This document shows, piece after piece, positions 9,995-18,957 of a stretch of DNA of 64,000 nt. Made by a program: the position numbers and the translations under genes. The stretch lies in assembly GCA_050916045.1 (NCBI GenBank), contig CP051526.1, positions 2,144,001 to 2,208,000 on the forward strand, given 5' to 3'. The first letter of the stretch is position 1; each line of letters begins with the position of its first letter. The notes beneath the pieces were generated by a model. That model was not told the DNA's origin. It saw nothing but the letters and a program-made list of their open reading frames with translations, and did no database searches. The DNA is from Tepidisphaera sp. Lineage in GTDB: Bacteria > Planctomycetota > Phycisphaerae > Phycisphaerales > UBA1924.

Positions 9995-10213
9995 ATGCCC
10001 GGCGAGCCCGTCGATCTGCTGCGTTGCGAGGAGTCCGGCATCGGTTGCCCGGTCGGCGGATTTCACATCGGCCCCGGGAAGCCCGTCCCGCTGGCCGTCA
10101 GGACCCACGCCCATCGCGACCATGCCCGGCCGGGGCCGGGGCGCTCTTTGTGCGCGGAATCGTGCGTACCCCTCCTTGCCCAGACGGCTTTGGCCGGCGG
10201 CCTCGATGCCTAA
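9995..10213 (+). pseudogene. N-terminal stub of the ligase-associated DNA damage response exonuclease (MBL fold)
   Basis: 72 aa containing GIGCPVGGFHIGPGKPVPLAVRTHAHRDHARPG, a degraded version of the family's GLYCP.GDFYIDPWRPV.RAVITH.H.DHAR; sits directly before the helicase and PdeM genes. Confidence 0.72.
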
Positions 10214-12857
10214 ACCCAAGCGCTCCAAACCCGCGTCGATGCCCGCCGCTTCCGCGCCGAGATCCGGTTTGGAAGCGGTGCTCGCGTGGTTCGCCGACCG
10301 GTCGTGGAGACCGTGGGCGTTCCAACGCGAGGTGTGGGAGCGGTACGCCCGGGGGCAGAGCGGGCTTATTCAGGTGCCCACCGGATCGGGGAAGACGTAC
10401 GCGGCGTACTTCGGGGCTCTGATCGAACTGATGGATGCGAGAGAGGATGGCCGCGACGACCTCCAGGGCAAGCCGGGGCTTCGCATCATCTATGTCTCGC
10501 CGCTTCGGGCTGTGTCGCGGGATGTCACGCTTGCTTTGCAGCAGCCGGTGAAGGACCTGGGCCTTCCGCTCCGCGTCGAAAGCCGGACGGGCGATACGTC
10601 GTCGAGCGTCCGAGCCAAGCAAAAGAAACAGCTTCCCGAAGTTCTGGTAACGACGCCGGAAAGCCTCACCATCCTGCTCACGCAGGAGAACGCGTCCGAG
10701 ATTTTCCCGGCCACGAACTGCATCATCGTCGACGAGTGGCACGAGCTTCTTTCCAGCAAGCGGGGGACGCAGGTTGAGCTCGCTCTGGCGCGGCTGCGGA
10801 GGTTCTCGCCCGGGATCCGGACCTGGGGCATGTCCGCGACGATCGCGAATGCCCAGGAAGCGGCCCGGGCGCTGGTGGGCACGGGCGCTGAACCCGTCGT
10901 CGTGACCGCGGAGATCGATCGCCCGGTCATCATCAACTCGATCCTTCCGGACGAGTCCGTCGATCTTCCGTGGTCCGGGCACCTTGGCCTCAAGGTGCTG
11001 CCCGCGGTCGTCGAGACCCTCGACCCTCGCAAGAGCACGCTGATCTTCACCAACACCCGGTCGCAAGCGGAGCTTTGGCATCGGTCGCTGCTCGTCGTCA
11101 AGCCCGAGTGGGAGCCGATCCTCGCGCTGCACCACGGATCGATCGACAAAGCCGAGCGGGAACGCGTGGAAGCGGGGATCAAGTCCGGGGAGATCCGGTT
11201 CGTGGTCGCGACAAGCTCGCTCGACCTGGGCGTCGACTTCGCCCCCGTCGAACGGGTCATCCAGATCGGAAGCCCCAAGGGCGTCGGGCGGCTGGTGCAG
11301 CGTGCGGGTCGGGCCAGCCACCGTCCGGGCGAGGCGTGCGAGATCCTGTGCGTGCCCACGCACGGGCTGGAACTGCTCGAGATCGCGGCGGTGCGGGATG
11401 CGGTTGCTTCGGGCGTGATGGAGCCGCGGACGCCGATCAGCCAGCCGCTGGATGTGCTCGCGCAGCACCTGGTGACGTGTGCTTTGGGCGGCGGGTTTGA
11501 AGCGGACGCGATGTACGAGGAGGTTCGCACGGCGTGGAGCTATCGCGACCTGCCGCGGGAGGAGTTTGACTGGACGCTTGCGATGGTGGGCGACGGGGGG
11601 AAAGCGCTTTCGGCGTACGAGCGATACAAGCGGGTACGGAAGGAGGGCGGGGCGTACCGCGTGCCGGACGCGGCACTGGCGAAGATCCACCGGTTCAATG
11701 TCGGCACGATCGTGGGAACGGCGACGATCGATGTGGAGTACCGGACGGGCCGGCGTGTGGGGAGCATCGAGGAGAACTTCGTCGCGTGGCTTCGGCCGGG
11801 CGAGAAGTTCATCTTCGCGGGCAAGGTTCTGAAGTTCGTAGGCCTCAAGGACCTGACCTGCGTGGTGGAGCCCGCATCGGGCAAGTCGGCGGTGACGCCT
11901 CACTGGGCGGGGACGAAGCTCCCGATTTCTGAAAGCCTCTCGCAGGCGATGCGAACCGTGCTTTCGGCGTGCGGCGAAGGCGAGCGGCCGAAGGGTCCCG
12001 AGATCGCGCGGGCCCGGTCGATCCTGGACCTGCAGGAGCGGTACTCGCGGATCCCGCGGTTTGGAGAGACGCTGGTTGAGATCTGCCGCACGCGCGAGGG
12101 TTCGCACCTGTTCGTCTATCCGTTCGAAGGGCGGCTGGTGCATTCGGGGCTCGGAGCGATCATCGCGCTGCGGCTGACGCGGCTTTTCAAGACCACCTTC
12201 GGCGTGACGGTGAACGACTATGGGTTTGAGCTCCTTTCTGGGCACGACGTGCCGTACACGGAACTGCTCAAGCCCGAGCTTTTCACGTCGGCGTCGCTGG
12301 CGCAGGATGCGCTCGAATCGGTCGACGTGGCGGAGATCGCCAAGGTTCAGTTCCGAGAGATCGCGCGGGTGGCGGGGCTGGTGACGGAGAACTACCCGGG
12401 GTTCCGCAGGCCGGGGCGTCAGACGCAGGTCAGCAGTTCGCTGATCTACGACGTCTTCGCGGAGTTTGACCCGGAGAACCTGCTGCTCATGCAGGCGCGG
12501 CGCGAGGTGCTCGAGCGGCACTTTGAGCGTTCGCGTCTGGCCCGGACGATGGACCGCCTCCGGCACGCCGCGGAAGCCGGGACGCTTGCGGTGGTTCAGC
12601 CCGAACGGCCGGGGCCGCTGGCGTATCCGCTGGTCGCGGAACGGATGTCGGCGCTGCTCTCGGGCGAGACTTTGCAGGACAAGCTCGCAACGATGAGAGC
12701 GACATGGGAATCGGCTTCCGCATCACCATCCCCCGCCCTGGCGGCGCCCACGCCGAACCCGGAGGCGGGGCCGTTCCCGGGAGTGGTGAAAGCGTCGTCG
12801 CTGCCCGAAAGGCCGCGGGTGAAGCGCAAGCCGGGGGGGCTGAGGAACTTGTCCTGA
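10206..12857 (+). CDS. Ligase-associated DNA damage response DEXH-box helicase (Lhr-core)
   Basis: PTGSGKT, DEWHEL, SAT, HHGS, ATSSLDLGVDF and QRAGRASH motifs; ATG 10206 chosen (10239 is an alternative). Confidence 0.93.
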   Translation: MPKPKRSKPASMPAASAPRSGLEAVLAWFADRSWRPWAFQREVWERYARGQSGLIQVPTGSGKTYAAYFGALIELMDAREDGRDDLQGKPGLRIIYVSPLRAVSRDVTLALQQPVKDLGLPLRVESRTGDTSSSVRAKQKKQLPEVLVTTPESLTILLTQENASEIFPATNCIIVDEWHELLSSKRGTQVELALARLRRFSPGIRTWGMSATIANAQEAARALVGTGAEPVVVTAEIDRPVIINSILPDESVDLPWSGHLGLKVLPAVVETLDPRKSTLIFTNTRSQAELWHRSLLVVKPEWEPILALHHGSIDKAERERVEAGIKSGEIRFVVATSSLDLGVDFAPVERVIQIGSPKGVGRLVQRAGRASHRPGEACEILCVPTHGLELLEIAAVRDAVASGVMEPRTPISQPLDVLAQHLVTCALGGGFEADAMYEEVRTAWSYRDLPREEFDWTLAMVGDGGKALSAYERYKRVRKEGGAYRVPDAALAKIHRFNVGTIVGTATIDVEYRTGRRVGSIEENFVAWLRPGEKFIFAGKVLKFVGLKDLTCVVEPASGKSAVTPHWAGTKLPISESLSQAMRTVLSACGEGERPKGPEIARARSILDLQERYSRIPRFGETLVEICRTREGSHLFVYPFEGRLVHSGLGAIIALRLTRLFKTTFGVTVNDYGFELLSGHDVPYTELLKPELFTSASLAQDALESVDVAEIAKVQFREIARVAGLVTENYPGFRRPGRQTQVSSSLIYDVFAEFDPENLLLMQARREVLERHFERSRLARTMDRLRHAAEAGTLAVVQPERPGPLAYPLVAERMSALLSGETLQDKLATMRATWESASASPSPALAAPTPNPEAGPFPGVVKASSLPERPRVKRKPGGLRNLS

Positions 12858-13516
12858 TGCCCGAGCGAGTCGCGTTCTGGCCGCGGGGCAGAGCTTTGTT
12901 CATCGCCGACCTGCATCTTGGCAAAGCCAACACGCTCGCGGCGGGGCTTGGCGCGGCGGTGCCGGAAGCCGTCCTTCGCGGCGTCGTTCGCGAAGACCTC
13001 GCCCGTCTTGCGCGGGCGCTGACCGCGACGGGCGCGGAACGAGTCATCATCGTCGGGGACCTGCTTCACGCTCCGATTGGCGCAACGGAAGAGCTGATCG
13101 AGGAGGTCGCGACGTGGCGAGAGCAGCACCCGCAGCCTTGGACGCTGATCCTCGGCAACCACGACCGCAAGGTCGGCCGGGTCGCGGAGGCTTGGAAGCT
13201 GAGCCTCGCGGGCGACGGGATGCACGAGCATCCCTTTCGATTCGTCCACATCCCGCCCGAGCGGCCCGAGCCCGGAGCGTTCCTCATCTGCGGCCACGAG
13301 CATCCGGCGGTCACGATCGGTCGAAGCGGGCGGAACGGGCCCGGGTCCCTGATCAAGCTGCCCGCGTTTCTCGTCGGGCGCGACCGATTGATCCTGCCCG
13401 CGATGAGCCGATTCACGGCCGGCGGTTCGGTGCCCTGGAGGGAGGGCACTCGCCACTTCGCGTGCGGACCGGGCGAGGTCTTTGAGGTGCCCGAGCACGG
13501 TCTTGCGTGCCGGTGA
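12704..13516 (+). CDS. pdeM: Ligase-associated metallophosphoesterase/endonuclease PdeM
   Basis: ADLHLGK, GDLLH, GNHD and GHEHP motifs; follows the Lhr-like helicase; start uncertain (12704 or 12857). Confidence 0.88.
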   Translation: MGIGFRITIPRPGGAHAEPGGGAVPGSGESVVAARKAAGEAQAGGAEELVLMPERVAFWPRGRALFIADLHLGKANTLAAGLGAAVPEAVLRGVVREDLARLARALTATGAERVIIVGDLLHAPIGATEELIEEVATWREQHPQPWTLILGNHDRKVGRVAEAWKLSLAGDGMHEHPFRFVHIPPERPEPGAFLICGHEHPAVTIGRSGRNGPGSLIKLPAFLVGRDRLILPAMSRFTAGGSVPWREGTRHFACGPGEVFEVPEHGLACR

Positions 13517-13542
13517 GAAGCGAGCGGGGGGGCGCGACGGGC

Positions 13543-15471
13543 TTAGGTCCGCGGCGGCTCTTCGTCTTCGACGACGACGACCTCTTCGACCGGCTGATAG
13601 GCACCGGGGGCGCGGGTGAGGAGGGTGACGCCCTCGGGGAGCTGGGCGGCGACCTCGGAGACGACGTCTCCGGCGAGGGCGCGGGAGACGACCGCTCGCT
13701 GGCTCTTGCCCATGATGAGCGTGTCGCAGCCGAAGGTGACGGTGTAATCGAGAATCTCGGCGGCGACCTCGGCGCTGGTGATGTAGATCGGGAAGACGGG
13801 GACGCCGGCTTCGCGGGCCATGCGGACGACGGTGCCGAGAGCTTGCTGAGCGTCGGGGTCGGTCTCGATGCGGGGGACGTTGTTGGGGACGACGTCGACA
13901 AGGCGGAGGGTGCGGACGAAGATCACAAAGAGCACGCCTCGACGGCGGCGGGCGAGATCGACCGCGAACTGGGCCTGGTCGCGACCTCGGGCGGCGAGCA
14001 TGATGCGCGGGCCGGAGGTCGTGGGGAGCTTGGTGATGGACTTGAGCTCGGGGAGCCAGCCGCCGTCGGGCTCGGCCATGATGACGCGAGCGGCGCGGGC
14101 TTGGAGGAATGCCCGGCCGATGAGCACGGTGCCGACCATGAGCGCGGCGAAGAGCCCGGCCCGGGGCTTGTCGACGATGATCGTGATCTCGACCGCGAGC
14201 ATGAAGAGCCCGACGCACCAGAGGCCAGCGCGTTCACCCTTGGAGATCGGGAGGTCCCGGTTGTACGCGCAGCAGAGGAGGTTGATCGCGATGGCCCCGA
14301 CGACGCCGACCGCGTAAAGCTCGGCCAAGAGGGTCACGCTGCTCCCCACCACCATCAGGAGAATGATCGGAGCGGCTGTCGCGAAGAGGAGGCCGACCCA
14401 CGGCACGCCCGAGTAGTTGAGCTTGGTGAACCGCGCCGGGACCTCGCGATCCTGGCCCATGGCGTAGAGGACGGAAACCATCGCCATGATGGCGGTGTTC
14501 GCGGCGGAGAGGAGCAGCATGCCGAAGACGATCGCGGCGATCTTGCCGAAAGTCGCGCCCGGCTTTTCTCCAAGCCAGTGCTGTCCGGACTCGGTGGCGA
14601 GGACCTCGACGGCGGTGTTTCGGTACTCGATGATCTCGGGGTTGAGGGCTTTGTCGACCTGCTCGGAGGTGAGCCCCTGCTGAATCAGCGGGATGGCGTC
14701 GGTGTAGTAGTGCGGCTTGGCGACCTCGATGAGGTGCGGGAGTCCGGAGATGGCGATGCCGAAGATGAGGTTGAAGATGACGACTTCGATGAGGACGGGC
14801 CAGATCGTCTTCTTGGCGGTCGAAGCGACCGGTTCCTTCATCAGGCTGGTCATGTTGCTGACGGCTTCGACGCCGGAGAGAGCAAGCATGATGGCAACCA
14901 GGCTGTGCCAGCGGTCCCAAACGCCGCCCTGGCCGGGGGCGGACCACTGAAGGTGCTGGACACCCTTGAAGAAGTACGGCATGCAGAGGATGCCGATGAT
15001 GAACGAAACGCCAAGCGACAAGGTCGCGATGACCATGGCGAACTGGCCCGCGCGGCGGGCGCCGAACCAGTTGATGAGCCCGAGTGCGGCCAGCGCCACC
15101 ACGGTCAGCGGCTTGACCCATTCGTTCGAGACGCCGAAGTAGTGGAACGCTTCGACCGACGAGAGCGTCGCGGTCACGATGTAGTCGCAGAGGAGCAGCG
15201 TCGCGCCGATGACCGACAGGATCTCGCTCAGCCGCCGCGCCGAGGCGTACACGCCGCCGCCGTCGGGGAAGCACCGGCAGACCACCGTGTACCCCCACGC
15301 CACCGCCACCATGATGAGGGACATCACGCCCAGGTAGAGAGCCGAAGCGTGCGCGGTGTAGAAAAACGCAAGCCCGAGCACGTATAGCCGGCTCGTACCC
15401 CAGTCGCCGAAAAGCAGCGGCCCCGCGTACAGCCAGCTCAGGTTCCTCGGACGCTTCTCGGCAATCAGCAT
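13543..15471 (-). CDS. APC-family permease with C-terminal universal stress protein-like domain
   Basis: About 12 TM segments; FPDGGGVY and SGVEAVSN motifs; C-terminal DTLIMGKS...GDVVSEV. Confidence 0.85.
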   Translation of the reverse strand: MLIAEKRPRNLSWLYAGPLLFGDWGTSRLYVLGLAFFYTAHASALYLGVMSLIMVAVAWGYTVVCRCFPDGGGVYASARRLSEILSVIGATLLLCDYIVTATLSSVEAFHYFGVSNEWVKPLTVVALAALGLINWFGARRAGQFAMVIATLSLGVSFIIGILCMPYFFKGVQHLQWSAPGQGGVWDRWHSLVAIMLALSGVEAVSNMTSLMKEPVASTAKKTIWPVLIEVVIFNLIFGIAISGLPHLIEVAKPHYYTDAIPLIQQGLTSEQVDKALNPEIIEYRNTAVEVLATESGQHWLGEKPGATFGKIAAIVFGMLLLSAANTAIMAMVSVLYAMGQDREVPARFTKLNYSGVPWVGLLFATAAPIILLMVVGSSVTLLAELYAVGVVGAIAINLLCCAYNRDLPISKGERAGLWCVGLFMLAVEITIIVDKPRAGLFAALMVGTVLIGRAFLQARAARVIMAEPDGGWLPELKSITKLPTTSGPRIMLAARGRDQAQFAVDLARRRRGVLFVIFVRTLRLVDVVPNNVPRIETDPDAQQALGTVVRMAREAGVPVFPIYITSAEVAAEILDYTVTFGCDTLIMGKSQRAVVSRALAGDVVSEVAAQLPEGVTLLTRAPGAYQPVEEVVVVEDEEPPRT

Positions 15472-16000
15472 GCGTGGGGTCTGCGAACGGAGCCGCGACG
15501 AGGCGGGCTCTCAAGCGGGTCGGATCAGCGTATCCCCGGCCGCCGGATTGTCACGCCCACGCCCGGAGGCGTCCGAATCTGTGCCCACACTGTGAGTTCA
15601 CAGGCATCCAGACTCGCCACGAAGGCCGCTAGCGGCACGACACAAGACCTCCGCGAGTCCCCGTGTCTGCGCTTCACGCGACGGATGAGCGCCTGTGTGA
15701 GCACGTCGGCCACCGACAACGGCCGAGCGATGTGATTCGAGCGCTCGCTAATGACAGCGTTCATCGCGCACCGCTCTCGCGACTGTGACGCTTCGGATGA
15801 AAGTTTCTTCATGTGGAGAGTTGTGAGTTTGTCGCAATAGGGGTGATTTCCCCATTGTTGCAACGCTCGTGGTCATCTGACATAGTACATGTGCGGCGAT
15901 GCGAGGCATCGCCAAGACTCGTTGGTGATCGCGAGCGGCGCGGTCGGTCAGCGGTAACTTCAGCCCGCTTCTCGCGGCGCCGACACCAAGGAACCCGTTC

Positions 16001-18022
16001 ATGTCGACCTGTCCGCTCTGTGTTGAGCACGCCACCGGCGGATTCTGGTCGAACCTCTTCGCCACGGACTTTGTGCCGCGTGCGGAGTGCGTGGGCGACA
16101 GGCCCGAGATTATCTGGCTTCACGTCGCTTCGGACGCGGCGATCGCGCTTTCGTATTACTCGATCCCGCTGGCTTTGGGGTACTTCGTTTACAAGCGGAA
16201 GGACCTTGCGTTCGGTTGGATGTTCAAGCTCTTCGCCGCTTTCATCCTCGCGTGCGGGACGACGCATCTGATGGCCGTGGTCGCGTACTGGCACCCGATG
16301 TACCGACTCGACGGCGTGATCAAAGCGGGCACGGGCGTGCTCTCGATCCTCACCGCGATGACGCTCTGGCCACTGATCCCCAAAGCGCTCAGCCTTCCGC
16401 TTCCGTCTGAACTCCGCAACCTGAACCGCAAACTCGAGGAAGAGATCGTCGTGCGGCGTCAGGCCCAAGCGGAACTGGAGCAGGCCCGGGCCGGGCTTGA
16501 AGCCGCCGTCGCGGCCCGCACCTCCGAACTCGCAAGCGTCAACACGGCGCTCTCCGCGAGCGTCGCCGAGCTTGAGTCGATCTATTCCAGTGCGCCGCTC
16601 GGATTGTGCCTGGTCGACGACGAGGGCCGGGTCCTGAGACGGAACGAGCGGATGGTGTCGATCGTCGGACCGTCGATCGGAGAGATCGGCCGACGCCTCG
16701 CCGACGCCGCTCCCGCGATCGACCGGCTCGTCCAAGCGATGGTCAAGCCGACGCCGGGCGAGACGGTGGACCCTGTGCTTCGTATCCCAGCGCCGCAGAA
16801 TCACGGGGCGCAGACCGTGCTCCTCGTCGCGGCACAGCCGGTCCGAGGCCCCGACGGCCAACCGACCGGCGCGTGCATCGCGGTCAAGGATGTCACCGAC
16901 CGGGCCAGGCTGACCGAGCAGGTTCACCAAAGCCAGAAGATGGAAGCCGTCGGCCAGCTCGCCAGCGGCATCGCCCACGACATCAACAACACCCTCACCG
17001 CCATCTACGGCTACCTCAGCCTCGCGCTTGTCGCGCTCGAGAAGAACCACGCGGCCACACCGTACCTTGAGAAGATCGCCATCGCCGCCGAACAGGCAAG
17101 CCAGACGACGCGCACCCTCCTGACCTTCGCCAAGCCGGCGCCGCCTCGCCGCGAGCCCGTCGAACTGGCTCCGATCATTCAGCAAGCGATGTCCATGGCC
17201 CGCGGTCTCATGCCGGCAACCATCGATGTCAATCTCGACATCAATGAGGACGGGTGCTTGTGGGTGCAAGCCGATCCGACGCAGCTTCAGCAGATCTTCC
17301 TCAATCTCGCGATCAACGCTCGCGACGCGATGGGCAAAGACGGCAAGCTGACCGTCTCGCTCCGCCGCAGCGGAGACTCCGCCCGGATCTCCTTCGCCGA
17401 CAACGGCGTCGGAATGTCCGCGGAGGTGCAAGCTCGCATCTATGAGCCCTTCTTCACCACCAAATCCAGAGGGGAAGGGACCGGGCTCGGCCTCGCGGTC
17501 GTTCAGGGGATCGTTCGATCGCACAACGGCGCGATCTCGGTCGCGTCCGCTCCGAACCAGGGCACCACCTTCACGCTTGACCTGCCGGCGATCGTTCCGC
17601 CCGGCACGCAAGCTGTCGCGAAAGGCCCGGGAACGCCCCAGCGCGGCGCGGGCACCATCCTTCTGGTCGAAGACAACTCGCACGTGCGAGAGCTCCTCAC
17701 CTCCGGCCTCCAGGCGGCGGGCTTTCACGTCATCCCGGTGGGAAGCGGCGACGCCTTTCTGGAACAGGCGCAGAAGCTCAATCTCACGGCGACGGCGTAC
17801 ATCCTCGACATCGACATTCCGGGCCGTCTGGGCACGGAGTGTCTCGCGGATCGCCGCGCCCGGGGCGATCGGACACCGGCGATTTTCATCAGCGGCGGTC
17901 GGTCGCTCGATGTCACGACCGACTCGCTGACCAAGGTGCTCGCCAAGCCGTTCCATTCCTCGGATCTGATCCGCGCGATCAACGCGGTCATTCTCTCGTC
18001 GCGACTTTCGACCGGCCAATGA
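16001..18022 (+). CDS. Hybrid histidine kinase with ethylene-receptor-like N-terminal TM domain, PAS, HisKA/HATPase and receiver
   Basis: SDAAIALSYYSIP...FILACGTTHL; AHDINN H-box; NLAINARDAM; GTGLGL; C-terminal LLVED...ILD...AKPF. Confidence 0.9.
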   Translation: MSTCPLCVEHATGGFWSNLFATDFVPRAECVGDRPEIIWLHVASDAAIALSYYSIPLALGYFVYKRKDLAFGWMFKLFAAFILACGTTHLMAVVAYWHPMYRLDGVIKAGTGVLSILTAMTLWPLIPKALSLPLPSELRNLNRKLEEEIVVRRQAQAELEQARAGLEAAVAARTSELASVNTALSASVAELESIYSSAPLGLCLVDDEGRVLRRNERMVSIVGPSIGEIGRRLADAAPAIDRLVQAMVKPTPGETVDPVLRIPAPQNHGAQTVLLVAAQPVRGPDGQPTGACIAVKDVTDRARLTEQVHQSQKMEAVGQLASGIAHDINNTLTAIYGYLSLALVALEKNHAATPYLEKIAIAAEQASQTTRTLLTFAKPAPPRREPVELAPIIQQAMSMARGLMPATIDVNLDINEDGCLWVQADPTQLQQIFLNLAINARDAMGKDGKLTVSLRRSGDSARISFADNGVGMSAEVQARIYEPFFTTKSRGEGTGLGLAVVQGIVRSHNGAISVASAPNQGTTFTLDLPAIVPPGTQAVAKGPGTPQRGAGTILLVEDNSHVRELLTSGLQAAGFHVIPVGSGDAFLEQAQKLNLTATAYILDIDIPGRLGTECLADRRARGDRTPAIFISGGRSLDVTTDSLTKVLAKPFHSSDLIRAINAVILSSRLSTGQ

Positions 18023-18046
18023 TGCCCGCTTCGGTATACTGCCGGG

Positions 18047-18817
18047 ATGCACACGGTCATTCGCGCCACCCTCTGCTTGCTGCTCTCCCTCTCCGCGGCT
18101 TTGCTCGCCGCTCTCGCGGGCTGCGGCTCTGGCCCAGCGCCCGCTTCGCCGCCGCCGTCCGCGGTGCCATCCGGATCGCAACCCGCGCCGTGGTACGAAG
18201 CCGAGATTCGCGCTTTCGAAGCCGCGGACCGCGCCGCGATGCCCGCCCCGGGAAGCGTGCTCTTCATCGGAAGCTCGAGCATCCGCTTGTGGTCCACCCT
18301 CGAACGCGACATGGCTCCGGCGCGGGTGCTCAACCGCGGCTTCGGCGGCTCGAAGACCGCGGATGTGCTGGCGGTCTTTGACCGGATCGCCGCTCCGTAC
18401 AACCCCGCGATCATCGTTTACTACTGCGGCGACAACGACCTTGGCACCGACAACACGAACGCCCAGGCCGCCGCCGACGGGTTCGTCGCGTTCGACCGTC
18501 GCGCTCGCGCCCTCTGGCCGTCCGTCCGCACGTTCTACCTGCCCATCAAACCGAGCTTGGCACGATGGAACAACTGGCCCGCGATGAGGGAAGCCAACCG
18601 CCTCGTCCGCGAGTACTGCGAGCGGACGCCCGGCGCCGCGTATCTCGACACCGTCTCCGTCACGCTCGGTCCCGACGGCAAGCCCGACCCCACGCTCTTC
18701 ATGCCCGACGGCTTGCACATCAACGCCCGCGGATATGAGAGCTGGACCACCGTCGTGCGTCCGGCGGTCCTGGAAGCGTGGTCGCAGAGGCCTCGTGAAG
18801 CTGCCAGTCGAAGGTAG
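18047..18817 (+). CDS. SGNH/GDSL hydrolase lipoprotein
   Basis: Lipobox LAGC; FIGSSSI, NRGFGGS, GDND and DGLH motifs. Confidence 0.9.
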   Translation: MHTVIRATLCLLLSLSAALLAALAGCGSGPAPASPPPSAVPSGSQPAPWYEAEIRAFEAADRAAMPAPGSVLFIGSSSIRLWSTLERDMAPARVLNRGFGGSKTADVLAVFDRIAAPYNPAIIVYYCGDNDLGTDNTNAQAAADGFVAFDRRARALWPSVRTFYLPIKPSLARWNNWPAMREANRLVREYCERTPGAAYLDTVSVTLGPDGKPDPTLFMPDGLHINARGYESWTTVVRPAVLEAWSQRPREAASRR

Positions 18818-18957
18818 TGTACGGAGTGCGACACAGAAGTGTGCCGTTTGCACGCCCGTCCGGCGTTGTTGTATCATGCGCTCCATCTCGTGCGTGCCTC
18901 CGAGTCGAGTCGTTTTTCGGGCGTGTCAGGTTTTGGATCGCGTAGGAGGGCTGGTTC

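Noticed and set aside
10098..12566. 822-aa minus-strand ORF
   Set aside because: Antisense shadow of the helicase gene.
15472..16000. Riboswitch or small RNA in the 530-bp intergenic region
   Set aside because: No recognisable aptamer consensus or strong terminator by eye; an Rfam/Infernal search would be needed.
15809..18886. 1025-aa minus-strand ORF
   Set aside because: Antisense shadow of the histidine kinase and GDSL genes.
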